DNA from: Macrostomum lignano
Lineage: Eukaryota
DNA length: 64,000 bases
NCBI GenBank assembly: GCA_002269645.1
Contig: NIVC01002082.1
Location: 61,788-125,787, forward strand
Direction: 5' to 3'
Part shown: in pieces, positions 35,586-55,249 of the stretch
How the letters are laid out: every line of letters starts with the position of its first letter
How positions within the stretch are numbered: the stretch's first letter is position 1
Notes under the pieces: generated by a model
What the model saw: the letters and a program-made list of their open reading frames with translations, nothing else
Told to the model about the DNA's origin: nothing
The model's database searches: none
Made by a program: the position numbers and the translations under genes

Positions 35586-37594
35586 ATGTCTGATGAAGAA
35601 GCAGAGATGCAAGAACAAGTGCCGGAGGGAGACAGCCGTCTCATTTCGCTGAAGGCCAGAAAAGCGGTCGACAAGTGCGCGTTCACGAAGCAACGGAATC
35701 GTCTACTGAAGGTATTGGGCTCGGACGGAGCTACTTTAGCGGACGTGGAACCGCTGGCCGGCACTCTGGATGACCACTACGAGCGAGTTAGTGCGGTGCT
35801 ACAAGCGATTCTGCCCGAGGTCGTCGGGAATCTACCAGTGCAAGTCCAGACAGTAAAGGAGTTGGAAAAGCTGGAGACTGAGTACGGTGAGATTGTAAAT
35901 TTGCTGAGAGAATTGCGCAAGAGGGAACGAGAGGTACGACTAGAGTCGAGGGAGATCGAGCAGAAAGAGATGCGACAGAAGGAGTTGGAGGCAGTCAGGC
36001 GGCAGCGGATAGAGATGGAGGAGGAGGAGCGCAGAATGCAGCAGGAGTTTGCAGAGAGGCAGCGCGAGTTAGATGTCAGATTGGATGCGCTAAGACTGGC
36101 AGAGACGTCAGCGAGTGCAAATGATCAATTGTACTCCTCTCAACTACGGGTAGAAGCGGCCGTCCAATCGCAAGCTGCGTACTCAGTACCAGTCGCCAAC
36201 CCCATGGTTCAAGCCGACCCTTCAGTCAACCCCTTAATTGGGGGAGTGTCAGATCAACTAAGGAGCGCTGAGCAAGGGGGTGAGAGAGTAAAGGCCGGAG
36301 AAAAATCAATACCACCCACCCCAACTGGCGGCAAGTGTGACCACGCTGATTCTAACCAACCCGCGGACAGCTAGGTATCCAAGCTATGTACGGTGGAGCT
36401 AATTCGCCAATTGGGGCTTCACCGGCCGCCGCAGCAGAATGTACAGCGAAAGCTTGGGCTGAGGAAAGAATCGGTCAGGATATGTGGAGGCAGTTGCAGA
36501 GAGTTGCGATACCGGTGTTTAGTGGAGACAAACGGGAGTTTGAAGGATGGCGGGCGGCTTTCTATGCCTGCGTGCATGCCTCGCCATCTTCAGAAGCCTA
36601 TAAGTTGTTGCAATTGCGCCAGTCGCTGCGAGGAGAGGCATTAAAACTTGTTGCGAATCTTGGCTACTCGGAGTTCGCCTACAAAGCGGCTCTGGAAAGG
36701 CTTGAGCGGGAGTATGGTGGAGAGAGACGAAGACTGATGCTGGCACTGGAGGACTTGGATAGTTTCCAACCTATTCAGATAGAGAATGCAAGTCAATTAA
36801 AAAAGCTGGCCGACTTGCTGGATGTTACGGTAGTTAATCTACAGGCTGCAGGGCGAGAGAGTGAGCTAAGCAACAATGGACTTATGTACTTGAGAGTGCA
36901 AAAGAAGCTGCCAACCGAAACCCTAGCTCGTTTTCATCGGTGGATCGGAGAAGCTAGGAAAGAAGATTCGCTCAGAACGTTGCATCGATGGCTTCTGACG
37001 GAGGCAGAGTACATGACAGTAGCGTGTGAGGCGGTAAGAGGCGTGGCTTCTTCCGGTGAGACCGGACGGCACGACAGTGTAAAAGCCAAGAAAACTGTTT
37101 CTCGAGGGGCAGCCACAGCACGCTCGTTTTTTGTGAAGACGAATGATTCGAATAGCCAAAACAAAGAACAGGCGGAAGGGCGAAAAGGTTGTGGTCTCTG
37201 CGGAGAACAGCACGGAGTTTGGAGCTGCCCAAGGTTTCAACGAATGGAACCTGGAGCCAGATGGGCGATGGTTCGTGACAAGCGCCTGTGCTTCTGCTGC
37301 TTGGGAGCAAACCATCTAGCCGGTGCGTGCAAGCGAACGAGAGTGTGCGGTGTTGATGGCTGCAAAGCAAACCATAATCGGCTGCTGCATCAACGAGGGC
37401 CGGCGGCGACAACGGCGAATCCGCATGAAGGGGGGTCGCCCAAAACGATCGAAAGACCAAAGTCCTTCCAGGTGAAGAAGAGCACAGTTCAAGAGCCGCA
37501 AGAGGCATGCACTTTACTGGCCAGAACATCGCCGTCAATAGCGCTGAGGACTGTGCCCGTGATTTTATCCAACGGCGGTCGGAAGTCCGAGTGA
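35586..37594 (+). CDS. BEL/Pao gag (coiled coil, DUF1759-type core, three zinc knuckles), frameshifted near 36375
   Basis: IPVFSGDKREFEGWRAAF; YKLLQLRQSLRGEALKLV; CGLCGEQHGVWSC, CFCCLGANHLAGAC, CGVDGCKANHNRLLH. Confidence 0.9.
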
Positions 37595-39392
37595 ATGTCT
37601 TGCTGGACGACGCTAGCACCCGGTCGTACCTGAACTCTGACGTTGCAGCGGAACTCGGCTTGGAAGGCAACCTCGAACCGATGACGGTAAAGGTTCTGAA
37701 CGGCCAGGTGAGCACCTTTCAGACGGTTCCGGTTGAGGTCGACATCCGCAGTCTGGACGGCGCCTTTCGTGCCACAGTTACGGCCCACACAACTGAGAAA
37801 GTGACCGGTGGGATGGAAGCCGTAGATTGGAGCCAGCTTGCAAAGCGTTGGGCTCATCTGAGGGGCGTGCCGTTCGACAAAATTAAAGGGAAGCAGACTG
37901 TGGATATGCTCATTGGTGTGGACAATGCAGACTTGCACTTTGCCTGTCGCGAAGTAGGTGGGGAACCTGGAGAGCCGATTGCCAGACTGACGCCAATTGG
38001 GTGGACCTGCGTTGGACCAGTGAATCAAGTAGGAACTGCAGAAGAGCAGCAGCAGCAGACATTCTTTACGGTGACGGCGGAGAACGAGGCATCTGATCTT
38101 CTGCGGAAGATGTGGGAGATCGATGAAGTGCCAGATGGAGGACAGCAGGCCAGAATGTCCGCTGAAGATCAAAAGATCGTAGAAGCGACACGAGCATCCT
38201 TGAAGATGGAGAACGGCAGGTTTCAAGTGGCGATTCCTTGGAAAAAGAATCCGGAAGAACTACCTATGAACAACGAAGCTGCCCTACAGCGTCTCGTCAG
38301 CACAGAAAAGCGCTTGCTGAAGAACCCGGAGCTAGCGAAGGCGTACCAGGCTGTGATAGACAAGCATCTGGCAAAAGGCTATGTGCGGGAGGTCGGCATC
38401 AGCGAGCCAAGTCAGGCTGGCCAGTGGTTCTTGCCGCATTTCGCGATAGTGCGGGCCGATAAGGAGACGACCAAAGTTCGAATTGTGTTTGATGCAGCGG
38501 CTCGGAGCAATGGGGTCTGCCTAAATGACACCATTCATACGGGACCGAAGTTGCAGCAGGATTTGCTAAAGGTGCTCCTACGGTTCCGGAAGCATCCCGT
38601 GGCGCTAGCAGCCGACATCGAGGAGATGTATCTGAGAGTTCGAATTGCGCCGGAGGACAGAAGATTTTTCCGATTTCTGTGGCGAGACTTAGACTTGAAG
38701 CAAACGCCGAAGAGCTATGAGTTCTGCAGTGTGGTATTTGGCGTAAACTGCTCTCCGTTTCTGGCTCAGTTTGTGGCACAGGAGAATGCGCGACACTATC
38801 AGCAACAGCTGCCGCTGGCGGCCAACACCGTGCTGCATTCCACTTATATGGACGACAGTCTAGACTCCGTAGAAACCGTTGGCCAAGCGGTGAAACTCTT
38901 CCAACAACTCGTAGAATTATGGAGCAAGGCAGGGATGCGAGCTTGCAAATGGATGTCGAATTCGTTAGAAGTGCTGCAACACGTTCCAGTCGAGGACCGC
39001 GCAGAACGCGCCGAGTTGCTATTGAAAGGTGAGGCCCGAACCGCTAAGGCGCTTGGAGTGAATTGGAATGCGAAAGAGGACGTCCTAGGAATTTCCATCA
39101 GCGAGTCGAATGCTAGCGGCAAGATGATGACAAAGAGACTGCTTTTGCGCTGTGTGGCCGAGGTGTTTGACCCCTGTGGCTTCCTAGCTCCGGTAGTTAT
39201 CATAGGAAAGATAATGCTGCAGTTGGCATGGCAACAAGGTGTTGGGTGGGATGAAGCGTTGGATCCTGAGTTGGCTGATCAAGCGTTTCAGTGGACCAGT
39301 GAGCTCTCCAAAGCTACGAGACTAGCCGTGCCTCGGTGTCTGCGTCCAGACAACGGATCCATCGAACTTCACTCATTTGTAGACGCATCAGA
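37585..39392 (+). pseudogene. BEL/Pao pol: protease, RT and first RNase H motif only; integrase absent
   Basis: VNVLLDDAST; FLPHFAIVRADKETTKVRIVFDAA; LLRFRKHPVALAADIEEMYLRV; YMDD; LHSFVDAS, then unrelated T-rich DNA. Frameshift relative to gag near 37585. Confidence 0.92.
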
Positions 39393-39759
39393 TTTTTTTT
39401 TGGAGCGCAGTTGGCGCATTTGTTTTTCCTTTGAGTTTGAGCTGTTTGAAGTTACTGTTAAGTTACGGTGATGGGTTTTTTCTGTCAACCATTCTCGACT
39501 TTATTAAAATTGCGAGTTTAAGCTGAGTTGCAAATTTTTATATTTTTTGATGTTTAGTGGTAACTTATTTCAGTTTGCGGTCTTGCGCATTTTCATTATT
39601 TTCATTTGCGAGTCTTGGTGGCGGGTGCCGAAACATCTTTTCAGTTTGGCTTTTGAGCTCTTTTGATGTTTTTTTTTGCTATGGTCATAGTTTGTCCGTT
39701 CGGTTACTAGGTACTCAAGTTCAGTGTTTCCGGTCTTTGTTGCTGACATTGCTCTGTCA

Positions 39760-39771
39760 GGAAGGGGGGAA
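39760..39771 (+). promoter_or_regulatory. Polypurine tract
   Basis: GGAAGGGGGGAA immediately before the 3' LTR TG. Confidence 0.9.
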
Positions 39772-40043
39772 TGTTTAGGAGATGGCTTACATGTACGAGT
39801 GTACTTTTCATTCACCTACGCGTAACTTTCATATCAGAGATTTTGATATACGTACGTTTCAGCCCCAGCCCCCATTTATAATGTTCAGCAGCACCCACCC
39901 CATTTATTTAAAATTATTGCAATATATAGTTATCAGTCTCTCCAGAGAGAGTGCGCTTGCTGGTTGTTTTGTTCGGTTGGCTAGTAGCCGAAAAATAGTC
40001 GCTTACTGCGAAGACTCAATTTATTGAATGAACCATCAAAACA
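39772..40043 (+). repeat. 3' LTR of the BEL/Pao element (SL-like sequence at 39987-40030)
   Basis: No differences from the 5' LTR seen by eye. Confidence 0.97.
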
Positions 40044-40159
40044 CAGCCCACCTGCTGCAATAGTAAATTGAATGGGATTCAATTGCTGACTGATCTGAGC
40101 AAAACTGAAGCTCTGATAATTCGATTTTCGTTTCATATTTCTTTCCTTATTGTGCGACT

Positions 40160-40162
40160 GGC

Positions 40163-40241
<79 letters not shown>

Positions 40242-40242
40242 G

Positions 40243-40277
<35 letters not shown>

Positions 40278-40278
40278 G

Positions 40279-40343
<65 letters not shown>

Positions 40344-40810
40344 CAGTGTCTGTCTCAGTGCCTGTCTCAGTGTCTGTCTCAGTGTCTGTCTCAGTGTCTG
40401 TCTCAGTGTCTGTCTCAGTGTCTCTGTCTCAGTGTCTGTCTCAGTGCCTGTCCCAGTGTCTCTGTCTCAGTGTCTGTCTCAGTGCCTGTCTCAGTGTCTG
40501 TCTCAGTGTCTGTCTCAGTGTCTGTCTCAGTGTCTGTCTCAGTGTCTCAGTGTCTGTCTCAGTGTCTCAGTGTCTGTCTCAGTGTCTGTCTCAGTGTCTG
40601 TCTCAGTGTCTGTCTCAGTGTCTGTCTCAGTGTCTGTCTCAGTGTCTCAGTGTCTCTGTCTCAGTGTCTGTCTCAGTGTCTCAGTGTCTGTCTCAGTGTC
40701 TGTCTCAGTGTCTCAGTGTCTCTGTCTCAGTGTCTGTCTCAGTGTCTCAGTGTCTCTGTCTCAGTGTCTGTCTCAGTGTCTCAGTGTCTGTCTCAGTGTC
40801 TGTCTCAGAG
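40160..40810. repeat. (TGTC)n microsatellite grading into a TGTCTCAGTG 10-mer
   Basis: Directly visible. Confidence 0.95.
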
Positions 40811-41372
40811 GATAGACAGGCAGACAGACAGAGACACTAAGACAGACACTGTCTGTTACAGCGCCACATTTTAAACATCCATTCTGTTATTCTACTAAAG
40901 CAACGATTCTTTCATCTCAGGCAGCAAGAATTCTTTACCTCTGAAAATTCTGTCTTTACCCTGCCGTCTCTGGTGCAGGGTGTCACATTTCAGAGAGTGA
41001 GCAGTCATCCCTGATAATCTCTTTAAAGCCAGCGGATTTAAGAAATCAGAAACTCAGTTTGGACTATGTTGCCATCAAAAGAAGCTCGCAGATGACCAGT
41101 TAAAGTTAGAGTGAAAGGGCCTGCGGGCGCAGTGCAGGCTCGTTAAAAACCACATATTGTGTTTTCTCCGTTTCCCGATAATTTTGGGAAGCTTCAACTA
41201 AAACGAACGAATTTTATATTTGGAATCGTAGAATTCATTTTTTGCATAGATGTCCTCAGAATAGTACTAGTAGTAGAAATAGTGAAATAACAACGGCTAA
41301 TAATTGTAGCTTTTGGATACTCGAATCTATCCTTATAAGTGTGGTCATTGAATCCGCTTCATCCAGCAGCCG

Positions 41373-41606
41373 TCACACAGGCTCAGGCTCGTTGACCTTC
41401 GACCTTCGCCGAATTGAAAAGCGCCTGTCAGTGGGCACCAGAGCGATGCTCAGATCCAGCCGTTGAAATGCCGCCCAGATCTCGTAGCAGCAGAACCAGA
41501 CGGCCAGCAGGGACCCGACGAGCACCAGGCCAACCGTGACCAGGTTCGGGCCGCTGCCGCCGATGAGGGACCACAGGCCGAAGGTGAGGAACAGGCCGGA
41601 AACCAC
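41373..41606 (-). CDS. RING-CH/MARCH-like E3 ligase, last exon (TM helices)
   Basis: Acceptor cactccttcccag|GTG; VVSGLFLTFGLWSLIG...LVTVGLVLVGSLLAVWFCCYEIW; 234 nt, phase 0. Confidence 0.75.
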   Translation of the reverse strand: MVSGLFLTFGLWSLIGGSGPNLVTVGLVLVGSLLAVWFCCYEIWAAFQRLDLSIALVPTDRRFSIRRRSKVNEPEPV

Positions 41607-41852
41607 CTGGGAAGGAGTGGGAAAGTCCAGATCAGTGCGGGGGACACCCAATGAGGGCCAACCCTCAAGGCACTGAGACTGTACACGCCTAACGATTACG
41701 AGCTAGAAAGTCAGGGGCACTGTACACCCCGTGTGAGCGTAAGTATGAGTGCGTGTCTGTTTACAGTATTGGCGCGCTTGTGCGCTCTGATCTTCGGGAC
41801 GGTCAAGGACTTCAGGGTCCCCCGTGACCCCTCGGCTGCCCCCAGAACGCAC

Positions 41853-42341
41853 CAGAAGACACAAGAAATGCCTCAGCACTGATAGCTGGGCCTTCTTATC
41901 GCAGGTGTGCCGTCCGTAGCGACGCGTCACCCGCATGCGCGACATGCAGTGGGGACACTGGAAGGTCATCTGCCAGCGGCCCCAGCTGTACACCCGACGC
42001 TGCAGATAGCGGGACAACAGGCAGGTGGCGTGGATGTACTTCTCCTGACGGCAGCGGCACGGCAGGCGTCTCCAGCTGTCCATCCTGGCGGTGAGGTCGG
42101 CCAAGCTGGCGCAGCTGTCGTTCACGACGTCAGCGTCGGCGGTGTAGCAGGCGCAGACCAGGCAGGTCTCCGAGTGCACCCAGCAGCTGTTCCTGCGCTG
42201 CTGTCGCCTCTGCTGCTGCTGGCGCGTGCGACTGCGGCTGGAGGCGGCCGCTGCGGCGCGGGCCGAGGCCGCTGCAGCAGCGAGGTGGTTCAGCGAGGAT
42301 GACGCGGACGGCGCGAGGCTTATGTCACCGCGCTTAGGCAG
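41853..42341 (-). CDS. RING-CH/MARCH-like E3 ligase, RING exon
   Basis: Acceptor catcttcag|CTG, donor CTG|gtgcgt; 489 nt, in frame; C4HC3 pattern CLVC...PCRC...YIHATC...CPHC. Confidence 0.8.
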
Positions 42342-42384
42342 CTGAAGATGTTACAGCGTGGGTTTTATTGGTCTAACTAGTGAC

Positions 42385-43980
42385 AGATGTTGCTTGACAT
42401 CCTGACACTGCAATCTGACACCTGACACTGCAATCAGACACCTCTGACACTGCAATCAGACACCCTGACACTGCAATCTGACACACCTGACACTGCAATC
42501 TGACACACCTGACACTGCAATCTGACACACCTGACACTGCAATCTGACACCCCTGACACTGCAATCTGACACCCCTGACACTGCAATCAGACACCCCTGA
42601 CACTGCAATCTGACACACCTGACACTGCAATCTGACACACCTGACACTGCAATCTGACACCCCTGACACTGCAATCTGACACCCCTGACACTGCAATCTG
42701 ACACCTGACACTGCAATCAGACACCTCTGACACTGCAATCAGACACCTGAAACTGCAATCAGACACCTGAAACTGCAATCAGACACCTCTGACACTGCAA
42801 TCAGACACCTGAAACTGCAATCAGACACCCCTGACACTGTAATCAGACAGCTGACACTGCAATCAGACACCCCTGACACTGCAATCAGACACCCCTGACA
42901 CTGCAATCAGACACCTCTGACACTGCAATCAGACACCCCTGACACTGCAATCAGACACCACTGACACTGCAATCACACACCTGACACTGCAATCACACAC
43001 CTGACACTGCAATCAGACACTCCTGACACTGAAATCACACACCTGACACTGCAATCAGACACCCCTGACACTGCAATCAGACACCCCTGACACTGCAATC
43101 AGACACCCCTGACACTGCAATCTGACACACCTGACACTGCAATCAGACACCTCTGACACTGCAATCAGACACCCCTGATACTGCAATCACACACCTGACA
43201 CTGCAATGAGACACCCCTGACACTGCAATCAGACACCCCTGACACTGCAATCAGACACCTCTGACAATGCAATCAGACACCCCTGACACTGCAATCAGAC
43301 ACCCCTGACACTGCAATCAGACACCCCTGACACTGCAATCAGACACCCCTGACACTGCAATCAGACACCTCTGACAATGCAATCAGACACCCCTGACACT
43401 GCAATCAGACACCTCTGACACTGCAATCAGACACCCCTGACACTGCAATCAGACACCCCTGACACTGCAATCAGACACCTGACACTGCAATCAGACACCC
43501 CTGACACTGCAATCAGACACCTCTGACACTGCAATCAGACACCTGAAACTGCAATCAGACACCCCTGACACTGTAATCAGACAGCTGACACTGCAATCAG
43601 ACACCCCTGACACTGCAATCAGACACTCCTGACACTGCAATCAGACACCCCTGACACTGCAATCAGACACCCCTGACACTGCAATCAGACATTCCTGACA
43701 CTGCAATCAGACACCCCTGACACTGCAATCAGACATTCCTGACACTGCAATCAGACACCTGACACTGCAATCAGACACTCCTGACACTGCAATCAGACAC
43801 CTGACACTGCAATCAGACACCCCTGACACTGCAATCAGACACCCCTGACACTGCAATCAGACACCCCTGACACTGCAATCAGACACCTGACACTGCAATC
43901 AGACACCTGACACTGCAATCAGACACCCCTGACACTGCAATCAGACACCTCTGACACTGCAATCAGACACCCCTGACACT
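42385..43980. repeat. ~22-bp intronic minisatellite (ctgacactgcaatcagacaccc)
   Basis: About 70 copies filling the intron. Confidence 0.96.
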
Positions 43981-43987
43981 CGCTCAC

Positions 43988-44457
43988 CAGCAGTTGAGGC
44001 TGCGACTGCGGCTTCGGCAAAGTGGGGGCAGGCGGTCGCAGCAGCGAGGGTCCTGAGCCGCCCAGCTGCTCCGAGGCCTCGACAGGTCCCCCGCCGGGGG
44101 ATCCGCGGGAAATCCGGCGCTGATGCAGCTGTTGGAGCCACAGCTGCTGGTGCGACAGCTGCTGCTGCGGACTGGTGAGGCTGCCTCCTGACGCCTCAGT
44201 GAAGGTGAAAGAGGGCCGCTGCTGCAGCAGAAACATCTGACGGTGGCTGCCGCCTCCGCCGGACGCCGTGGTGGCCACCTCCAGGTTGGACAGAAAGTGC
44301 GGCACCTCGGCCGCGAGGGCGGCCATCTCGGCCGCGTTGGGAACGTCCAGGCGGTCGGCGCTCTTCGATTTCGACGCTGATGGAGCTGCAGGGTCGCTGG
44401 ACGGCACCGAGACGTGGTAGCAGGTGATGTTGAGCTGGGCGGGGATCGAAGTCTTGC
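43988..44457 (-). CDS. RING-CH/MARCH-like E3 ligase, upstream low-complexity exon
   Basis: Acceptor cccacag|GC, donor CTG|gtgagc; 470 nt, joins the RING exon in phase 0. Confidence 0.65.
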
Positions 44458-44479
44458 CTGTGGGTGCGGTATAGCTACC

Positions 44480-51085
<6,606 letters not shown>

Positions 51086-52149
51086 ACCAGTGAAAAAATA
51101 CTTACGGCTAAAGACAGCCATTTTGTCGTTAGCTTTTTGTACTCAGGCTGAGCAGAAACTTCGCAGCAACTTATTTTAAGTCGATAATCAGTCGCAAAAG
51201 GTCTAAAAGGTTTTTAGAAGTCAGAAGAATTTTCGATGCAGACAGAGCAACTTCGGCAGTCTCGAGCCTTTTTTCTCCCTCAAAGCCGGCCGCTGGGTCT
51301 CGCAGTTGGCCACTTAGCAAATCAGGTCGAGCCGAGTATTGCGAGACTGGCAGCGGGCAGGGTGAGATAACAAGGCCAGGCGCGTTTGTACACCGAGAAA
51401 ATCCCCTGGCCAAAGCCTGGATGGGGATTTACAATTGGGAACGGCTTGTTTTGTGGATGGGGAATGGGGATTGCCACGGGAACCAATAAGATGCATAGAA
51501 GCAAGTACGAGAGATTAGGGGACGAGCTGGATAACTCAGAACTCAGACCTTGCTGTCCAAAGTTTTCCTGGCAAAAGCAGAAAGAATTCGTCTTGAGCAG
51601 ATTCATTTCGCGCAGTCCCAACAGAGATGACTCACTCCCAGAGTTGCAATCTGACTTGGGAGACTGGGGTTTCCGATCCAGGAACTTTATCAGCCATTCG
51701 ATGTCCATAAATTCGCAGCCATAAATTATGTAGTCACAGATGTAATTAATTAACGCTGGAATATTTATCCAGACTGCAGATTGTCAATCATCACAATGCA
51801 GATTGGCAATTATTGCACTAAATCAATAGCAATAATAGGGCACAATAGAAAATGATCATCCAGTCAAGCATCTGGCCATAAAATTCCGGAAACTGTGCAG
51901 ATTGGAGAAATATTTTCCTGACCCAGTCGGCATTGAATGCGACCTTTTATTGCATTCATTTTGTCAAGTTGGTGGCAATGCCCAAGTGGACCAGGTTGCA
52001 TTATGGCTGTACAGTGAAGTGCAGTGCAGATTATTTCGGTGCTTTGTTGACGTGCACTAATAACATCTGCTAATCTGGAAAACCAAGGTAGATATACCTC
52101 TCAGAGGGAGACAATTAGTAGATCACTCTGAAGATCAAAGTGGATTCCT

Positions 52150-52935
52150 CAGAGACTGCCAAAGTAAATCCCTCAGAGGATGACAAAGTAGATGCTTCAG
52201 AGTTTGCCAAAGTAGATCGCCCAGAGTTTTCCAAAGTAGATCCCTCAGAGTTTGCCAAAGTAGATCCCCCAGAGGGTGACAAAGTAGATCCCTCAGAGGG
52301 TGACAAAGTAGATCCCTCAGTGGGTGACAAAGTAGATCCCTCAGAGGGTGACAAAGTAGATCCCTCAGTGGGTGACAAAGTAGATCCCTCAGAGTTTGCC
52401 AAAGTAGATCCCTCAGAGTTTGCCAAAGTAGATCCCTCAGAGTTTGCCAAAGTAGATCCCTCAGAGTTTGCCAAAGTAGATCCCTCAGAGTTTTCCAAAG
52501 TAGATCCCCCAGAGGGTGACAAAGTAGATCCCTCAGAGTTTGCCAAAGTAGATCCCTCAGAGTTTGCCAAAGTAGATCCCTCAGAGTTTGCCAAAGTAGA
52601 TCCCTCAGAGTTTGCCAAAGTAGATCCCTCAGAGTTTTCCAAAGTAGATCCCCCAGAGGGTGACAAAGTAGATCCCTCAGAGTTTGACAAAGTAGATTCC
52701 TCAGATTTTGCCAAAGTAGATCCCTCAGAGTTTGCCAAAGTAGATCCCTCAGAGTTTGCCAAAGTAGATCCCTCAGAGTTTGCCAAAGTAGATCCCTCAG
52801 AGTTTTCCAAAGTAGATCCCCCAGAGGGTGACAAAGTAGATCCCTCAGAGTTTGACAAAGTAGATTCCTCAGATTTTGCCAAAGTAGATCCCTCAGAGTT
52901 TGCCAAAGTAGATCCCTCAGAGGGTGACAAAGTAG
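52150..52935. repeat. 24-bp minisatellite (aaagtagatccctcagagtttgcc / ...gagggtgac)
   Basis: About 32 copies; open in three frames. Confidence 0.95.
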
Positions 52936-53574
52936 GAGCGACAAAAATATAAATAAATAATAAACAAGAAAGAAACTCCTGCATGTATTTTTGAATGTGC
53001 TGCATTCACAAAAATAAGATAATAGTTTTCACAATGAGCCTATGCAAACTAGAAAAATAGGCCTTTATTTATGAATATAGATACGGGAGTTATATTTAAT
53101 TCACCCAAACTGATGCTACTGCACTCAGTATCAGATTACACTGTAAATGATTCCATTTCAAAAATTGAAGGGACTGGGCTCTTAAATTTGGACAATTAGT
53201 TTAAAAAACTTTTTTCACATCTAATTTGCAACACGAGCACTCGAGGATAAAAGTTGATTAACAATTTTTCAGCTTTACTTTGCGCAAGTACAAAGGTTTG
53301 AAAAAGAAACAAATAAATATATTAGCAACAAGACAGGCGATCAAGCAATTCGCAGTAATTGGGTTTGAGGAACACGCGAACTCACACAGAAGCAATTAAT
53401 TTTGTGTTAAATAAATCACAGAGCCGACAGCCGGTAAACAAACCATTGATTAATTGATTGAACTACTCTAAGTGACTATAGGCCGATCAAAGTACATTAT
53501 TCCTTTTGATTGCTTATTTATTGTGTTTTGACCAGATTCTGATAGCGGGAAAGCAGATGTAAAGGGATAGAGGA

Positions 53575-54620
53575 AGAGATAAGTGTGAATGAGGCAGAGA
53601 TAAGTGGGATAGAGGCAGAGATAAGGGGGATAGAGACAGAGATAAGTAGGACAGAGACAGAGATAAGGGGGGTAGAGACAGAGATAAGGGGGATAGAGAC
53701 AGAGATAAGTGGGATAGAGGCAGAGATTAGTGGGATAGAGACAGAGATTAGTGGGATAGAGGCAGAGATAAGTGGGATAGAGACAGAGATAAGTGGGACA
53801 GAGACAGAGATTAGTGGGATAGAGACAGATATAAGTGGGATAGAGGCAGAGATACATGTAAGTGGGATAGAGGCAGAGATAAGGGGGATAGAGACAGAGA
53901 TAAGGGGAGTAGATGTAGAGATAAGTGGGATAGAGACAGAGATAAGGGGAAAGAGACAGAGATAAGTGGGATAGAGACAGAGATTAGTGGGATAGAGACA
54001 GGGATTAGTGGGATAGAGGCAGAGATAAGTGGGATAGAGACAGAGATAAGTGGGACAGAGACAGAGATTAGTGGGATAGAGGCAGAGATAAGTGGGATAG
54101 AGGCAGAGATAAGTGGGATAGAGGCAGGGATAAGTGGGATAGAGACAGACATAAGTGGGGTAGAGACAGAGATAAGTGGGATAGAGACAGAGATAAGTGG
54201 GATAGAGGCAGAGATAAGTGGGATAGAGACAGAGATAAGTGGGATAGAGACAGAGATAAGTGGGATAGAGACAGAGATAAGGGGGATAGAGACAGAAATA
54301 AGTGGGATAGAGACAGAGATAAGTGGGATAGAGACAGAGAGAAGTGGGATAGAGACAGAGATAAGTGGGATAGAGACAGAGAGAAGTGGGATAGAGACAG
54401 AAATAAGTGGGATAGAGACAGAGATAAGTGGGATAGAGACAGAGATAAGTGGGATAGAGACAGAAATAAGTGGGATAGAGACAGAGATAAGTGGGATAGA
54501 GACAGAGATAAGTGGGATAGAGACAGAGATAAGTGGGATAGAGACAGAGAGAAGTGGGATAGAGACAGAGATAAGTGGGATAGAGACAGAGAGAAGTGGG
54601 ATAGAGACAGAGATAAGTAC
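53575..54620. repeat. 21-bp minisatellite (gagacagagataagtgggata)
   Basis: About 50 copies. Confidence 0.95.
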
Positions 54621-55249
54621 TTACTTAAAGAACAGTTAGTTAACTTGTAAAATTAGGTAAAATTCAAGCATATAACCTTCTATACATTAAAGTGCAAACC
54701 AAAAAAAACAACATAGAAAAAGTCAAATTTCTACAGATTTATTTTTATACACAAACAATAAACATAACACAATAAATAAACAGGTTAATTTTGAGTAGTA
54801 TAAACCCTGTCGCACAACGAGCAACGATCAGACATCTTAAATGGGGAAAATGCTATACTCGAGAAAATTATTACAACACAAAATATACCAGTAACACCTA
54901 AGCTAACTCCTGTTTTCACGATAAATTCATTGCAGATTTTAAATAAAAATAATATTAGCTTTTAAAAACTGCATGCACGAACCATACTACTGACTAGGAG
55001 AGATTGCAGAAAAGTTCAGGCATATTTTTATTTATGCAAGCAAGCTGTTAAAAAAGTCTGAGATTTCGAAATAACAAGGTTAAACACTAACTAATTAAAG
55101 TGCAATATGCAGATATTTTCATAAATATTTTCACCGACAGGTTTAACGAGTCAAAACAAAGGAGATTTCGAAAATTCATCAATTAAGTACTGTTCGTTAC
55201 TTTTTTACCCAGAAGACTAGAATGATACTCTTGACAATATCGCAGTTTG

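Larger units (their letters stand above)
35252..40043 (+). mobile_element. BEL/Pao LTR retrotransposon; young but internally defective
   Basis: 272-bp TG...CA LTRs that look identical; 5-bp TSD CAGCC (35247-35251, 40044-40048); PBS; PPT; BEL gag triple zinc knuckle; Pao-type protease and RT. Confidence 0.97.

Noticed and set aside
51322-51708. Possible first exon of the MARCH-like gene (MDIEWLIKFLDRK...)
   Set aside because: Only a weak phase-1 donor (G|GTCTGA) and no homology support.
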